64,000 nt of DNA from Candidatus Poribacteria bacterium (GCA_046582655.1 JAYGDX010000346.1:32001-96000), one strand, 5' to 3'; positions 33,002-43,490 are shown, counted from the stretch's first letter. Translations and numbers: made by a program. The notes: a model not told the origin generated them from the sequence alone.

Positions 33002-33015
33002 ATAGCACTTATTCG

Positions 33016-34146
33016 ATGCGAATTATTCAACTGATTGTTGCGTTACTTATTGTTGCTGGAAACTTGTACCTTGGACAAGCACAATCGATCAACATCGTTG
33101 ATGAGAATGGTAAGCTGATAATTCGTACAGATGCGTTGCTGACAGGAGGTACAACGTATCTGTCAACAGAAGTTCTGCGTCTTGTTTTCGACACTAATCT
33201 CACCCAAAAATACATTCCCCTGACAAAAAATTTGACCTTGGTTTTAAGGGAAAGGGAGATACGTCTTCGTATCAACAGAACTTTAATTCAAATTGAGCCG
33301 GGTGGGCAAAATGTATCTCTCCATTATCCACCTTTGTTATTCAAGCGCAAACTGTTTCTTCCAATTGAGTTCTTCACGCAACTGATTCCTCAAGTTTATG
33401 GATTTGATGTGTCTTACAATGCGACTTTACATCGAATGCAAGTTATCGAGAAAAGTTCGTTATTCACAGACAACGTGTCCGGTCAATTCACAGCTATTAT
33501 TGATCTCGGTCATGGTGGTCAAGATGCGGGATGTCGCCAAGACGGTATTCTTGAAAAGGATGTGGTCCTTCGACTGGCTAAACGGTCCCAGATAGAATCA
33601 TCAGATAAATCTATAACGATCTTGCTGACCCGTGACTCTGATACAACGCTTTCTGCAAAAGATCGAATTCGTTTCGCCAATCGGAAAAAAGAAGCCAAGC
33701 TTTTTATCAGTATACATTGTAATATGAGTTTTTCTCCTGAGAGGAAAGGTATAGAGATTTACGTCAACAATACCAGAAGCGACTTATTAAAAATAGGTTT
33801 GGATCCTGATAAAAATGGTAACACAAACGATCAATTTATACTATTAAAACCTTTATCTCAAGATCACTTCTTAGAAGAAAGCCGTCAGTTTGCTGCAATT
33901 CTCAAAAACCAATTTGAAAGTGTTTTCAGCGAAAAAATTTCGATGTTTGAGCTACCTTTAAACATGATCCAGAACATTTATATGCCTGCAATATTAGTCG
34001 AAGTTGGGTACTTGTCTAATCCTGTTGATTTGAAAAGGTTGAGGGGGGATCAATTCCTCAATCAAATATCGGTTGTCGTGTTACGGGCTATTGAGAAATA
34101 TCAAGAGAAATTGACAACCGAAAATAGTCTGATAGAAAGGGAATGA
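33016..34146 (+). CDS. N-acetylmuramoyl-L-alanine amidase (Amidase_3) with an N-terminal stalk-like domain
   Basis: Signal peptide; IIDLGHGG, EKD, SIHCN and PAILVEVGY Zn-binding motifs. Confidence 0.9.
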   Translation: MRIIQLIVALLIVAGNLYLGQAQSINIVDENGKLIIRTDALLTGGTTYLSTEVLRLVFDTNLTQKYIPLTKNLTLVLREREIRLRINRTLIQIEPGGQNVSLHYPPLLFKRKLFLPIEFFTQLIPQVYGFDVSYNATLHRMQVIEKSSLFTDNVSGQFTAIIDLGHGGQDAGCRQDGILEKDVVLRLAKRSQIESSDKSITILLTRDSDTTLSAKDRIRFANRKKEAKLFISIHCNMSFSPERKGIEIYVNNTRSDLLKIGLDPDKNGNTNDQFILLKPLSQDHFLEESRQFAAILKNQFESVFSEKISMFELPLNMIQNIYMPAILVEVGYLSNPVDLKRLRGDQFLNQISVVVLRAIEKYQEKLTTENSLIERE

Positions 34147-34153
34147 AAATCCA

Positions 34154-34726
34154 ATGAGTTGGAGGCAAATCGGGGTTTTTACCATCGGTATTATGGCCAT
34201 GGCTATTTTAATTCTTATTGTTTTTACAAATTTGAATTCAAAAAAAAAGGATAAGCAGCCATCAAACATAGAAACTTTACAATTAAGCCCAGTCTCTAAT
34301 CAGAATTATCAAGCAGAATTAGAATCCATTGATATATTCGTATTGGATAGCGACCAATTTGAACTTATTCCTAAACAGATCGAAATTCATCAATCTGGCA
34401 GTGTTAGTCAAAACTTGAAAGATGTTATTCAGGCACTACTTGAAGCATCAAAAAATGGGTTTCAAACTACTATCCCGGAAGCTACAAGGATATATGAAGC
34501 TTATATTGACGGGAAGACCTGCTATCTTGATTTTTCGCGTGAGCTTTACGGGAAACATATTGGAGGAACGAAAGCCGAGTTTCTAACGATAAGTTCAATT
34601 TTAAAGACAGTTCGAGCCAATTTTCTTGATCACATTGAACAGGTGCACATTTTGATTGAAGGTGGCCAAGAGATTAAATCAATAGCTGGTCACATTGATA
34701 TTTCTCGTCCCTTTGGTATTTGGTAA
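34154..34726 (+). CDS. GerMN domain protein
   Basis: N-terminal TM, TIPEATRI..YLDFS, VHILIEG, SIAGHIDISRP; follows an amidase, as is typical. Confidence 0.85.
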   Translation: MSWRQIGVFTIGIMAMAILILIVFTNLNSKKKDKQPSNIETLQLSPVSNQNYQAELESIDIFVLDSDQFELIPKQIEIHQSGSVSQNLKDVIQALLEASKNGFQTTIPEATRIYEAYIDGKTCYLDFSRELYGKHIGGTKAEFLTISSILKTVRANFLDHIEQVHILIEGGQEIKSIAGHIDISRPFGIW

Positions 34727-34736
34727 ATGGATTAAA

Positions 34737-35354
34737 TTAACTGGAAAGCACTTTCTGCATTACTTGCTCTACTGTGTTGTAACCAAAACCTCGACGTGTT
34801 AGAAACCCATGTAGCCTACGTTTTGCAACATGTGGTTCGAGTGATTTGTAGCGTTTAACTTGCTTCTCTGCTAGGCGAAGTGCGGTGGATAATTCTTTGT
34901 TGGAGTCTATATTAGACAGCACCTGGTTGATGGTTGATAGATCTATTCCTTTATTTATAAGCTCCAATCTCAGCATTTTCCTTCCACGGGGTTTGGATTT
35001 CTCGCGTCGACGGATCCACTTGCGTGCAAAAGTTTCGTCTTTTATAAAACCAGTCCGCTCCAAATCCTCGATAGAAGCATTAATTCCTTCCTGACTGAAG
35101 CCTTTTCGGTTTAACTCCTCTACCAGTTTTGGTTTAGTATAGGTTTGTTCTTCATGTAATAGGTTCACGGCAAAATTTTTCGCTCGCATTACTTCATCCG
35201 CTTGGAGGAGTTTAACAATAGTGTCATGACTGACCTTTAAGCCGATACGAAGTCCAAACTTGAAAATAAAATCCGCAGGCAAAATCCTAAATTGTTCATG
35301 ATCGAGAAAAAGCATTATTTGGTCATTACCGTGACTTTGTATGTCGGTGATCAT
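34737..35354 (-). CDS. recX: Regulatory protein RecX
   Basis: L..KGF, GFIKDETFARKWI, LRLELINKGI, FLTRRGF repeats. Confidence 0.9.
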   Translation of the reverse strand: MITDIQSHGNDQIMLFLDHEQFRILPADFIFKFGLRIGLKVSHDTIVKLLQADEVMRAKNFAVNLLHEEQTYTKPKLVEELNRKGFSQEGINASIEDLERTGFIKDETFARKWIRRREKSKPRGRKMLRLELINKGIDLSTINQVLSNIDSNKELSTALRLAEKQVKRYKSLEPHVAKRRLHGFLTRRGFGYNTVEQVMQKVLSS

Positions 35355-35404
35355 TTTTTCACGAGTGAAAGAACTTGTATTTATAGTTGCTTACTAGTAT
35401 CAGA

Positions 35405-36034
35405 CTAGGTTTCTAGTGTTCCTGCCCACAGAGCACCACGTTGCAACAAAAGGGCAAAATTCTGGTGTTGGCAGGCTTTCATGTCATGTCCCAGTGCAAG
35501 GTAGAAAACTCGTCCCTGTCCCCAATTCTTTGTCCACACAACAGGCATCATTGAACCCTTATGCAGGGCTGATGCAAGGACGTTGACACGGTGATCGTAG
35601 TCAAGTATATACTGCTCATCCGTTACATTGAATTCGACCAGATCTGCCGTGATGGGATGTTCCGAATCCGTGATACTGACTTGATACTCCCGATAATGCG
35701 GATGTGTTACGAAATGGCCTCCAACCATTGATCGGTATTCGGGACAGTCTCTAAATGAGTCAGCGGCGGAATGTATACCAACGTATCCTTTGCCGGACGA
35801 GACGTGATTTAGTAATCCATTTTTCTGAGCATCGTTAATTTCACCAACGGTGTAGTAAAACACGATAAGATCATACGGATCAAGGTTGGGCGATATGAGT
35901 GCATCCAGATCGTCCTCAATTTTCGTTATTTCAAATGTATTTTGGTCTGAAAGTACGTCTACAATTACTTCGCTGCATCCCTTCCAATCATGGATACTGC
36001 CGCCAGCAAAGACGAGGGTGTTAATTTTTTCCAT
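35405..36034 (-). CDS. ThuA-like domain protein
   Basis: GYVGIHSAADSF, GGHFVTHP, DEQY, WGQGRVFYLALGH. Confidence 0.85.
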   Translation of the reverse strand: MEKINTLVFAGGSIHDWKGCSEVIVDVLSDQNTFEITKIEDDLDALISPNLDPYDLIVFYYTVGEINDAQKNGLLNHVSSGKGYVGIHSAADSFRDCPEYRSMVGGHFVTHPHYREYQVSITDSEHPITADLVEFNVTDEQYILDYDHRVNVLASALHKGSMMPVVWTKNWGQGRVFYLALGHDMKACQHQNFALLLQRGALWAGTLET

Positions 36035-36195
36035 CCTGATTTCTCCTTAACCTAAATTTGGAACAATACGTAATTATATCATGTTGGTTTTTAAGACTCA
36101 AGCAACCAACCGGTGTGAATTGATGGTACTGCAAAATTTTCATGTGTCAGATTGTTTCAAATAACCGAGAGGCTTGTCGAAGCACTGACTTTTAC

Positions 36196-36224
36196 TTGCA
36201 CTATGCACTTTGGTATGCTATAGT
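36196..36224 (+). promoter_or_regulatory. Putative sigma70 promoter of infC-rpmI-rplT
   Basis: TTGCAC-N17-TATAGT with an extended TG. Confidence 0.55.
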
Positions 36225-36309
36225 TGTGCGATATTATTAGTCTGTTTTTTTGTGGTAGAATATATGGTATTTTCCCGAGATAGGAAAGGAAATCTGGAGG
36301 TGTTAGAAA

Positions 36310-36849
36310 ATTAGAAAAAGATATGATGACAGGAAGAAGTCGCCGCAAAGTAGAATTAATGGACAAATTAGAGCTGGGGAATTGCGTGTTGTTAGTTCCA
36401 GTAATGAGCAGTTGGGAATAATAACGTTACAGGAGGCCTTAGAAATTGCAGGAAATGAGGGGTTGGATCTCGTTGAGGTCGCCCCAACTGCTGATCCGCC
36501 TGTCTGTAAGGTTATGGACTATGGAAAGTTCCTGTACGAAAAGAGTAAAAGGGAAAAGGAAGCGCGAAAGAAGCAAGCAAAGGTAATTTTAAAGGAAATT
36601 CAATTTCGGCCCGATACGGCTGATCACGATTATCAGTTTAAAATGCGCCATGCTCGTGAGTTTTTGACCAAGGGGTACAAGGTAAGGTCGGTTGTGCGTT
36701 TTAGGGGCCGTCAAATGCTTCATACCAACTTGGGCCGGGACGTGCTTCATCGGCTTGTTACCGATGTCGGAGATGTTGCTGAGGTTGAGTTGGGTCCTAA
36801 AATGGAAAACAACTTGATGGCTATAATCTTAGCTCCTAAGACTTCTTAA
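36310..36849 (+). CDS. infC: Translation initiation factor IF-3; ATT start
   Basis: SD GGAGGTG, then ATT at 36310 in frame (IRKR..RINGQIRAGELRVV..LDLVEVAP..PPVCKVMDYGK); in-frame stop at 36304. Confidence 0.97.
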   Translation: MRKRYDDRKKSPQSRINGQIRAGELRVVSSSNEQLGIITLQEALEIAGNEGLDLVEVAPTADPPVCKVMDYGKFLYEKSKREKEARKKQAKVILKEIQFRPDTADHDYQFKMRHAREFLTKGYKVRSVVRFRGRQMLHTNLGRDVLHRLVTDVGDVAEVELGPKMENNLMAIILAPKTS

Positions 36850-36908
36850 CATAGCGATAACTGAGCGAATTGTAATATATAACAGATGTAACGTGAGAGA
36901 GGATTAGA

Positions 36909-37103
36909 ATGCCAAAAATGAAGACGCACAAAGGTGCAGCCAAAAGACTCCGATATACAGGTACGGGAAAAATCCGTAGACGCCGGGCGGGTGCAGGTCA
37001 CCTCTTTATCTCAAAATCATCGAACCAGAAACGACGACTTCGAAAGAGTACGTTGGTTGATCCAAGTAACGTGAAGAATATCCGCAGATTGATACCAAGA
37101 TAG
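36909..37103 (+). CDS. rpmI: 50S ribosomal protein L35
   Basis: MPKMKTHKGAAKR; synteny with infC and rplT. Confidence 0.97.
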   Translation: MPKMKTHKGAAKRLRYTGTGKIRRRRAGAGHLFISKSSNQKRRLRKSTLVDPSNVKNIRRLIPR

Positions 37104-37121
37104 TTTTGTTAGGAGCAGGTT

Positions 37122-37469
37122 TTGCCAAGGGTTAAAACAGGAAGTATCAGGCGGCAGCGTCGCAAAAAGATTCTTAAGTTGGCCAAAGGCTACCGTGGAC
37201 GTCGTAAGAATATCCGCAGAACTGCTATCAACGCAGTTGAAAAAGGGCTAAATTATGCATATGCGCATCGTCGGTCGCGAAAGAGAGATTTCAGGAGGCT
37301 TTGGATAACCCGTATTAATGCGGCTGCCAGAATGCACGGTTTATCATATAGTCGGTTGATTGATGGATTGAAGAAAGTTGGTGTTGACTTGAATCGAAAG
37401 GTGCTTGCTGATATTGCGGTTCGTGATGAAGCGGGTTTCGCAAAAATTGTCGAAGTTGCCCAAGGATAA
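37122..37469 (+). CDS. rplT: 50S ribosomal protein L20
   Basis: [28 protein letters not shown]. Confidence 0.98.
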   Translation: MPRVKTGSIRRQRRKKILKLAKGYRGRRKNIRRTAINAVEKGLNYAYAHRRSRKRDFRRLWITRINAAARMHGLSYSRLIDGLKKVGVDLNRKVLADIAVRDEAGFAKIVEVAQG

Positions 37470-37493
37470 TTTCAATTTAACAGTTGTATTAAT

Positions 37494-37537
37494 AAAGCCT
37501 ACCATTTTTCGCGGATTTAGAAAATGGTAGGCTTTTT
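37494..37537 (+). terminator. Intrinsic terminator after rplT
   Basis: AAAGCCTACCATTTT / AAAATGGTAGGCTTT 15-bp stem ending in a T run. Confidence 0.75.
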
Positions 37538-37571
37538 GCATTAATGAAAACTGTAGGAAGGAGTTAACAGT

Positions 37572-38315
37572 ATGGGTAGAATCCCAGTCGCACTCCAAAT
37601 GTATACAGTTAGGGATGTATGCGAAAAGGATTTTGTTGGTGCTCTTCATCAAGTAGCCGATATCGGCTATGAAGCCGTAGAACTTGCTGGTAACTACGGC
37701 TTGGACGCTGAAATTTTGCGTGATGTTCTTGCTGATATAAATTTGAAGTGTATCGGCAGTCACACGGGCTTTGATGACATCGATCAAGTGGTGGCATTTC
37801 ATAAAACCATTAATTGTAATTATGTTGGAGGATCTTCGATGTCGCCCGCTGGATTTCCTTCCGATAGCAAGAGCCTCTTGGCTGCGGCAAAATATAGTAA
37901 TGAACTTGGATTAGTATTAAAGGAGCAAGGTCTTCATTTCTATTTTCATAATCACGCGCATGAGTTCCAAAAAATTGATGATCGTTATACCTTAGATCTT
38001 TTTTATGAATCTACCGAGCCTCAACTTGTCTACGCACAGATTGACGTCTTCTGGGTACAATACGCCGATGTCAATCCGGCAACCTACCTGCGTCAATATC
38101 CGAACCGATGTCCACTGGTTCATATTAAGGATATGGATGCAAATAAAGATTTCACTGAAGTTGGTCATGGCGTTTTGGATTGGGATGATATTTTTGCTGC
38201 CTGTGAAGAGGTCAATGCCCAGTGGTATGTGGTAGAACAGGACCGTTGTCACCGGCCATCAATGGAGAGTGCAAAAATTAGTTTTGAGGCTTTTCGAAAA
38301 CGCGGCATGGTTTAG
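37572..38315 (+). CDS. Sugar phosphate isomerase/epimerase (AP endonuclease 2 TIM barrel)
   Basis: ALQMYTVRD, YFHNHAHEF, DVFWV, HIKD, VVEQD. Confidence 0.9.
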   Translation: MGRIPVALQMYTVRDVCEKDFVGALHQVADIGYEAVELAGNYGLDAEILRDVLADINLKCIGSHTGFDDIDQVVAFHKTINCNYVGGSSMSPAGFPSDSKSLLAAAKYSNELGLVLKEQGLHFYFHNHAHEFQKIDDRYTLDLFYESTEPQLVYAQIDVFWVQYADVNPATYLRQYPNRCPLVHIKDMDANKDFTEVGHGVLDWDDIFAACEEVNAQWYVVEQDRCHRPSMESAKISFEAFRKRGMV

Positions 38316-38346
38316 ATCAAATCTAGTTTTAATATTGAATTATGTT

Positions 38347-38382
38347 ACCGGGAGCAGAAGGTTCTTGCTCCCGGTGTCTTTT
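38347..38382 (+). terminator. Probable intrinsic terminator
   Basis: ACCGGGAGCA / TGCTCCCGGT stem followed by GTCTTTT. Confidence 0.6.
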
Positions 38383-38399
38383 GCCCCTCTGTTTGTAAA

Positions 38400-40583
38400 A
38401 TGCTGGATCTTTTGAATTTCCGCACCATTCTTTTTTTATGTTTCTTACAGTCAATTGTTCTGGGATGTACGGATCAGAGGACTAAAACCTCTGCTTCTAA
38501 ATCTGCTGAATCTGACCATCTGTTGCCTCAAATTACCGATCAACCCATCTCGGCAAAAGATTGGTCTATGTTTATGGCCAATCTCCAGTTCTCAGGCCAT
38601 AGCACAGATGTTAATCTGAAACCGCCTCTTTGTCTGCGTTGGAAATTTAAGACGGGCGGCAAAGTACAAGCAAGTCCGATTGTTGTCAATGAAACTGTCT
38701 ACGTTGGATCTAACGATGGAATTCTTTATGCACTAGATGCCAAAGTATGGAAGGTTAAATGGACGTTTCGTGTTGGGGGGAGTATCCGTAACGCAGCAGT
38801 ATTCTGGAACAATCGGATTTTTTTTAGTACTGCTAATAACGTAATTTATGCCTTATCCGCCGAAACAGGGGATAAAATTTGGCAATACAAATCGCAATCA
38901 TGGATTGATACACCGCCGATAGCATCACTTGGTCAGATTTACTTTGGAGCTTATAGCGATAAAATTTATGCGTTTAATGCAGTCACTGGTGAACTTACAC
39001 GATCAATTCGGCGTAGAGTACGAATTGATGGAACAGACTATGTTTGCAGACAAGGTAGGTTAACACCGTTAACGGTCATGCATCAAACCGGTCAGTGGCG
39101 GAACCTCATTCCATTTTCACAGAGCTTGGCGGTTTCTGCAAATAATGTTGCCTATATAGGTGCTCGCGATAATAAGATTTACGCGATTGACATCGGTTCA
39201 AAGGAACATATCTGGTCATATAAAACGGACGGATATATCGATGCAGTACCCGCAATTTCAGATGGTATGCTCTATGTAGCTTCTTGTGATGGCTATATTT
39301 ATGCCTTTGAAAATGACACAGGTACTCGGCAACAAGTGAAACGGAAACCGGGAAGAACCGGTACGATAATATCCGATAACAGAAAAGTTTACGAAACCGC
39401 TGGGCTTGAACAGGTCAAGCTGCAACTGAACGACGGTGTAGAAGTTGATATTATTAATCGAAACATTTTATTTTATCAAATTGCGTTGCCCAGTGGAGAA
39501 AGTGGTTGGGTTGATTGGCAGTCAATCGGTATTTTTGATCAAACAGATGGAATACTGTTTAACACAGTTGTTTGTTCAAATATCGAAACGTTTAAACTTA
39601 TTAAAGGCGCTGAGTCACCACATTGGTCACCAAATGGACGTCTTATCGCTTTTTTGCGGCGGAAAAATCTATCTGGTCAGTACTGGAAAGCTAGTGAACT
39701 GTGGATCATGGATCCAATCTCGAATAAGTCAAGACGGTTATGCCATGGTGATTTTTACAATCCTAATCTTTCATGGTCTCTTGATGGTAACTTTATTACT
39801 TTTGAGGCATATCATCAAGGTGAAAGCTATGTTTGGGTGATCGATCAATTTGCCAAAAACCTGACCCGGTTGATAAAAGGGGACGCGCCGGCGTGGTCAC
39901 CAATAGCAAATCAGGTTGCCTTTCGTCGATGGGAAGAAGGTGTTGATACAATTTACCTTATTAATATGGATAAAACAGGCCTAAAAGAAGTTGTTGGTAT
40001 TCCGATTGAAGGAAAGATTAGCACATTTACCTACCTGAATCCGCCAGTATGGTCACCGAATGGACAATACCTTGCTCTCGGTATGGATCGTCAATATTTT
40101 AAGGATGGATACGCCAGTGTGCGGATCTACGAAATTAATGGTCGAAAATCAAGGGAATTTTTTACCCAGTCTCAACGAGTTGGACAGATCTTGTGGTCAC
40201 AGGATACGTCTAGAATGATGTATGTTACAACAGGAAACTTGAAGCGTGATCCGGTGCTTGATAAAAGGATACACCTGACTAGTGTGAGTTTGCCCAATCA
40301 GGAAAGAATTATTAAACATACTTCTCCCTCGTGGTCGCCTACAGGAAATCGAGTTGTCTTTATGGAACGAGAGGACTGTATGGGAATCCAGTGGAAGGTT
40401 TGGTTACTTGAACTTGAAACAAATCAAATGGTCGCTATTGCTCGGACGAAGAAGCACCTGACTGCTGTTGAATGGCTTCCGAGTGGAGATCGAATCTGTC
40501 TCTGGCATACGTCAAAATATCTACGTGGCGGTGAGTATAGTCCCGCTACGACAAAGGGGTGGGTCGTCAAGATTAATCGATGA
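38400..40583 (+). CDS. Lipoprotein with a PQQ/BamB-like beta-propeller, an SH3-like segment and a TolB/PD40-like propeller
   Basis: Lipobox IVLGC; W.FKTG..SP.V..VYVGS.DG.LYALD repeats; FYQIALPSGESGWV; repeated P.WSPNG motifs. Confidence 0.75.
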   Translation: MLDLLNFRTILFLCFLQSIVLGCTDQRTKTSASKSAESDHLLPQITDQPISAKDWSMFMANLQFSGHSTDVNLKPPLCLRWKFKTGGKVQASPIVVNETVYVGSNDGILYALDAKVWKVKWTFRVGGSIRNAAVFWNNRIFFSTANNVIYALSAETGDKIWQYKSQSWIDTPPIASLGQIYFGAYSDKIYAFNAVTGELTRSIRRRVRIDGTDYVCRQGRLTPLTVMHQTGQWRNLIPFSQSLAVSANNVAYIGARDNKIYAIDIGSKEHIWSYKTDGYIDAVPAISDGMLYVASCDGYIYAFENDTGTRQQVKRKPGRTGTIISDNRKVYETAGLEQVKLQLNDGVEVDIINRNILFYQIALPSGESGWVDWQSIGIFDQTDGILFNTVVCSNIETFKLIKGAESPHWSPNGRLIAFLRRKNLSGQYWKASELWIMDPISNKSRRLCHGDFYNPNLSWSLDGNFITFEAYHQGESYVWVIDQFAKNLTRLIKGDAPAWSPIANQVAFRRWEEGVDTIYLINMDKTGLKEVVGIPIEGKISTFTYLNPPVWSPNGQYLALGMDRQYFKDGYASVRIYEINGRKSREFFTQSQRVGQILWSQDTSRMMYVTTGNLKRDPVLDKRIHLTSVSLPNQERIIKHTSPSWSPTGNRVVFMEREDCMGIQWKVWLLELETNQMVAIARTKKHLTAVEWLPSGDRICLWHTSKYLRGGEYSPATTKGWVVKINR

Positions 40584-40651
40584 CCTGTTGTTAGTACGGT
40601 TCGTTATGTTTAGATAAAATGAAGAATTAAAGTTTAATTAGGGAATACCAA

Positions 40652-41737
40652 ATGCCTAAAGTTGTTGTTGGACACATGGATGACCCCAAAAGTCTTAGGC
40701 CTATTTATGATAGATTCTATGATGAGCATCCTGAATTAAAAATAGGTTGTGATGAGTTTGAGGGTGAAGGGGAATTTGTCGCTCAGCACGAAGGAATTCG
40801 ATTCATCTGGATCGAGAAAGGAGAAGGCGAAGCCTATCTTGATGTTGGTTACCGAACACAGGAAGGTGATGGAGAAAAACTACCTGACTGTTATACGAGC
40901 GAGAAAGTTGATGCCGAAAATTTACCCATATTGCAATCAATCGCAGAAAATCTGGATACACTACATCCAGCAGTTCTGTTGCCCGTTAAATCGGTTTTGA
41001 GCCGGTTTGATGGGGAGATTACAATTGGTGATATTTCCAATGAAATCCGGCTAATGGTGGAAACCGGGATCGATCGAGTCAACTGGACAAGTCGTCCTAA
41101 AGTTCGCCGATCTTTTGAATTGCTTCTGGAAAACTACTCACAGATGGGTTGGTCGACAAAGCAAGCAGGATCTTTTGAATCGATCAAGGTTGGCGATCAA
41201 CTGACAGTTACGGCTGACGAACCGGTACGTGTTCGCGGTAAATTTCGGTATTGGTGGATTGAAGATACCAGTATATTCATGACGCACGTGACAACTGCCA
41301 GGCGCTTAAATTATATTCGAAATGCTATCGCCAAGTCTGGTGAGTTTCGAGTTTTGACTATGCCATGGTTTTGTTACACTGAAACTGAAGATAAACTGGA
41401 CGGTGTCAACAGTGTCAACAACCATGTCCTTCATATTACAGATCAAAACTCGCGGACGCACTATCATCCTGTGCAAGCCATTGGTGGTGGTAAACCGCAA
41501 CACGAGATTCATATCGTCCTTGAGCCCAGTGCTTTGGGGGTCGATATACAAGAAAACGAAAGTTATATTGATGTCTTCCCTGAAGTAGATGATTTAACCG
41601 TTCATCAGAAAATTGAGTTATCTCCTGGTACCATTGTTTATATTCCTCCTGGAATTGGACACCGTATCGTAAATGCTGTTGTTAGTGTGTTGGGAATACC
41701 TGGATTCAAACTGAACAACACAATTTTTCTCGACTAA
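40652..41737 (+). CDS. Hypothetical protein with a C-terminal cupin-like metal-binding motif
   Basis: THYHP..QHEIHIVL..PGTIVYIPPGIGHR. Confidence 0.6.
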   Translation: MPKVVVGHMDDPKSLRPIYDRFYDEHPELKIGCDEFEGEGEFVAQHEGIRFIWIEKGEGEAYLDVGYRTQEGDGEKLPDCYTSEKVDAENLPILQSIAENLDTLHPAVLLPVKSVLSRFDGEITIGDISNEIRLMVETGIDRVNWTSRPKVRRSFELLLENYSQMGWSTKQAGSFESIKVGDQLTVTADEPVRVRGKFRYWWIEDTSIFMTHVTTARRLNYIRNAIAKSGEFRVLTMPWFCYTETEDKLDGVNSVNNHVLHITDQNSRTHYHPVQAIGGGKPQHEIHIVLEPSALGVDIQENESYIDVFPEVDDLTVHQKIELSPGTIVYIPPGIGHRIVNAVVSVLGIPGFKLNNTIFLD

Positions 41738-41747
41738 CGAACCTTAG

Positions 41748-42671
41748 TTGGTCAAGAGGGCAGTCATGAAATTTTCGAGCATGAGAGTGAATCTGTCAAC
41801 CTTCAGGCTAATCGCCAATCCAATCTCTGGAAAAGGGAGAGGTCGGAAATTTTCTGAAATCGCTCTGAAAAAGCTTGAAGCTGCCGGATTTGAAGGAGAA
41901 TTAGTTCTTACGACTGGGCCTGGTCACGCAAATCAGTTAGCGCAGGATGCGATTTCAACAGGAATACGATGGTTAATTGCTTGTGGTGGTGACGGAACTA
42001 TACATGAAATTGTCAATGCTATTGGCCCGCGGCGGGATATTATCCTTGGTCTGATTCCCTGTGGCAAAGGAAACGATCTGGCATCCGCTCTTCGGATCCC
42101 CAAAAATCCGATTCAAGCAATTGAGGTTTTGCTAGCTCAGCAGACGCGTCAGATCGATCTGGGAAAGATTGGAGATAAAATTTTTCATACTATTGCAACC
42201 TGCGGCTACGATGCGGAAGTCGGTCGTCGAGTTACAGAGGAAGGTTCGATCTTATCTGGAACACTTGCTTACGTCCAGAAAGCCATTACAACATTGTCTA
42301 AATTTGATCCTCCGGATGCTCGAATCGAAGGTGATTTTGGTATACTGGAAGGAAAGATTCTGTTGACATCAGTAGGAATCACTTCTAGCTATGGCGGTGG
42401 TATGAAGATTCTGCCGGACGCAGTTGTAGACGATGGGTTGTTTGATGTCTGTATTGTTAATCCGATACCCAATTTAACAATTTTGCGAATACTTGTCACG
42501 CTATATTGGGGCGGGCACATCGATCATCCCGATGTACAAATACATCGGACTCGAACCTTATGTATCGATACAGATCCACCGCTTAAACTCTATGCCGATG
42601 GTGAGCTCATTGGGCCGGTACCCGCTAAAATTGAAATGGTTAATCAAGGAATGACAGTTGTTGTTCCTTAA
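41748..42671 (+). CDS. Diacylglycerol kinase family (YegS/DagK-like) lipid kinase
   Basis: ANPISG, GGDGTIHE, PCGKGND, YGGG, DDGLFD, ADGE. Confidence 0.9.
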   Translation: MVKRAVMKFSSMRVNLSTFRLIANPISGKGRGRKFSEIALKKLEAAGFEGELVLTTGPGHANQLAQDAISTGIRWLIACGGDGTIHEIVNAIGPRRDIILGLIPCGKGNDLASALRIPKNPIQAIEVLLAQQTRQIDLGKIGDKIFHTIATCGYDAEVGRRVTEEGSILSGTLAYVQKAITTLSKFDPPDARIEGDFGILEGKILLTSVGITSSYGGGMKILPDAVVDDGLFDVCIVNPIPNLTILRILVTLYWGGHIDHPDVQIHRTRTLCIDTDPPLKLYADGELIGPVPAKIEMVNQGMTVVVP

Positions 42672-43490
42672 TTAGCAAATCTTAACCGTACCATCATAGC
42701 GCGATGATTAGATAAATCGACATCGAAAATCTGGCATCTTCTTTCCTTATCGATTCGCAGGAACTCATCCTGAAAACTTGGAATGATTAGTATGTGATCG
42801 AGCAGATTTTTCTCGTTTTGGTAAACGTAGGTGAACCTGTTTGCCAGATCAACTGATTCTGCTGTTTGGATCATGTTTGCTCATGTATCGTCAAGTCCTC
42901 GTAATTTTTGAATTGCTAGTGTTCCAGGGGTATCGTTCATGTCGTCCATGATGATGATGTTTTTATTAGCGGTTAGTCCTTTAATGGCTTGACGTCTGAC
43001 GACCATTGCTTGGGATAGTCTTTTAACATCGTTTTTAAGAATGCGAGAAATGAGAGGTGTAATCAGAACGTAAGTCGGTTGGCCTTCAGTCTTCAATTCC
43101 ACTCCCAGAATTTTTGATGGTCGAACAGATTTTTCATGACCGTCTACCATATAATTTTCGCGTTGATCAGGGAAATTCGTGATACTGCTTTTGACGGCTG
43201 GGAATTTTGTCAGGATTGCGACATCCTGTCCAGTATAGGAGTCTTGCCCTTCCTCAAAGATGGCCTGCTATTCCTTATGGTTTTTTCAGGTGAGATTTCA
43301 CCTTTACCACCACAGCGCGATTCTCAACTTCAGCTAATCCTACTAGATTGTCAAAGAAGAACTCAGTGTTAAGTAAGAAAATGTTGACATCAAGATCGGT
43401 TGATCCACATCCGGGCCAGCAAGAAACAGTAAGGATCGAGGCGATAGAGACCCACCTGTTTTTATGTGGAGATGCACTTTCTCTTTTCAT
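42668..43490 (-). pseudogene. Endonuclease/exonuclease/phosphatase (EEP) family gene remnant
   Basis: Consecutive fragments NTEFFFD..LVGLAEVENRAVV, NIIIMDDMNDTPG, FTYVY..LLDHILI and DLSNHR match EEP motif order (N, E, GDxN, DH, SDH), with stops and frameshifts. Confidence 0.6.

Noticed and set aside
36310..36312. ATT start of infC as a novelty
   Set aside because: This is the well-established IF3 autoregulation feature.
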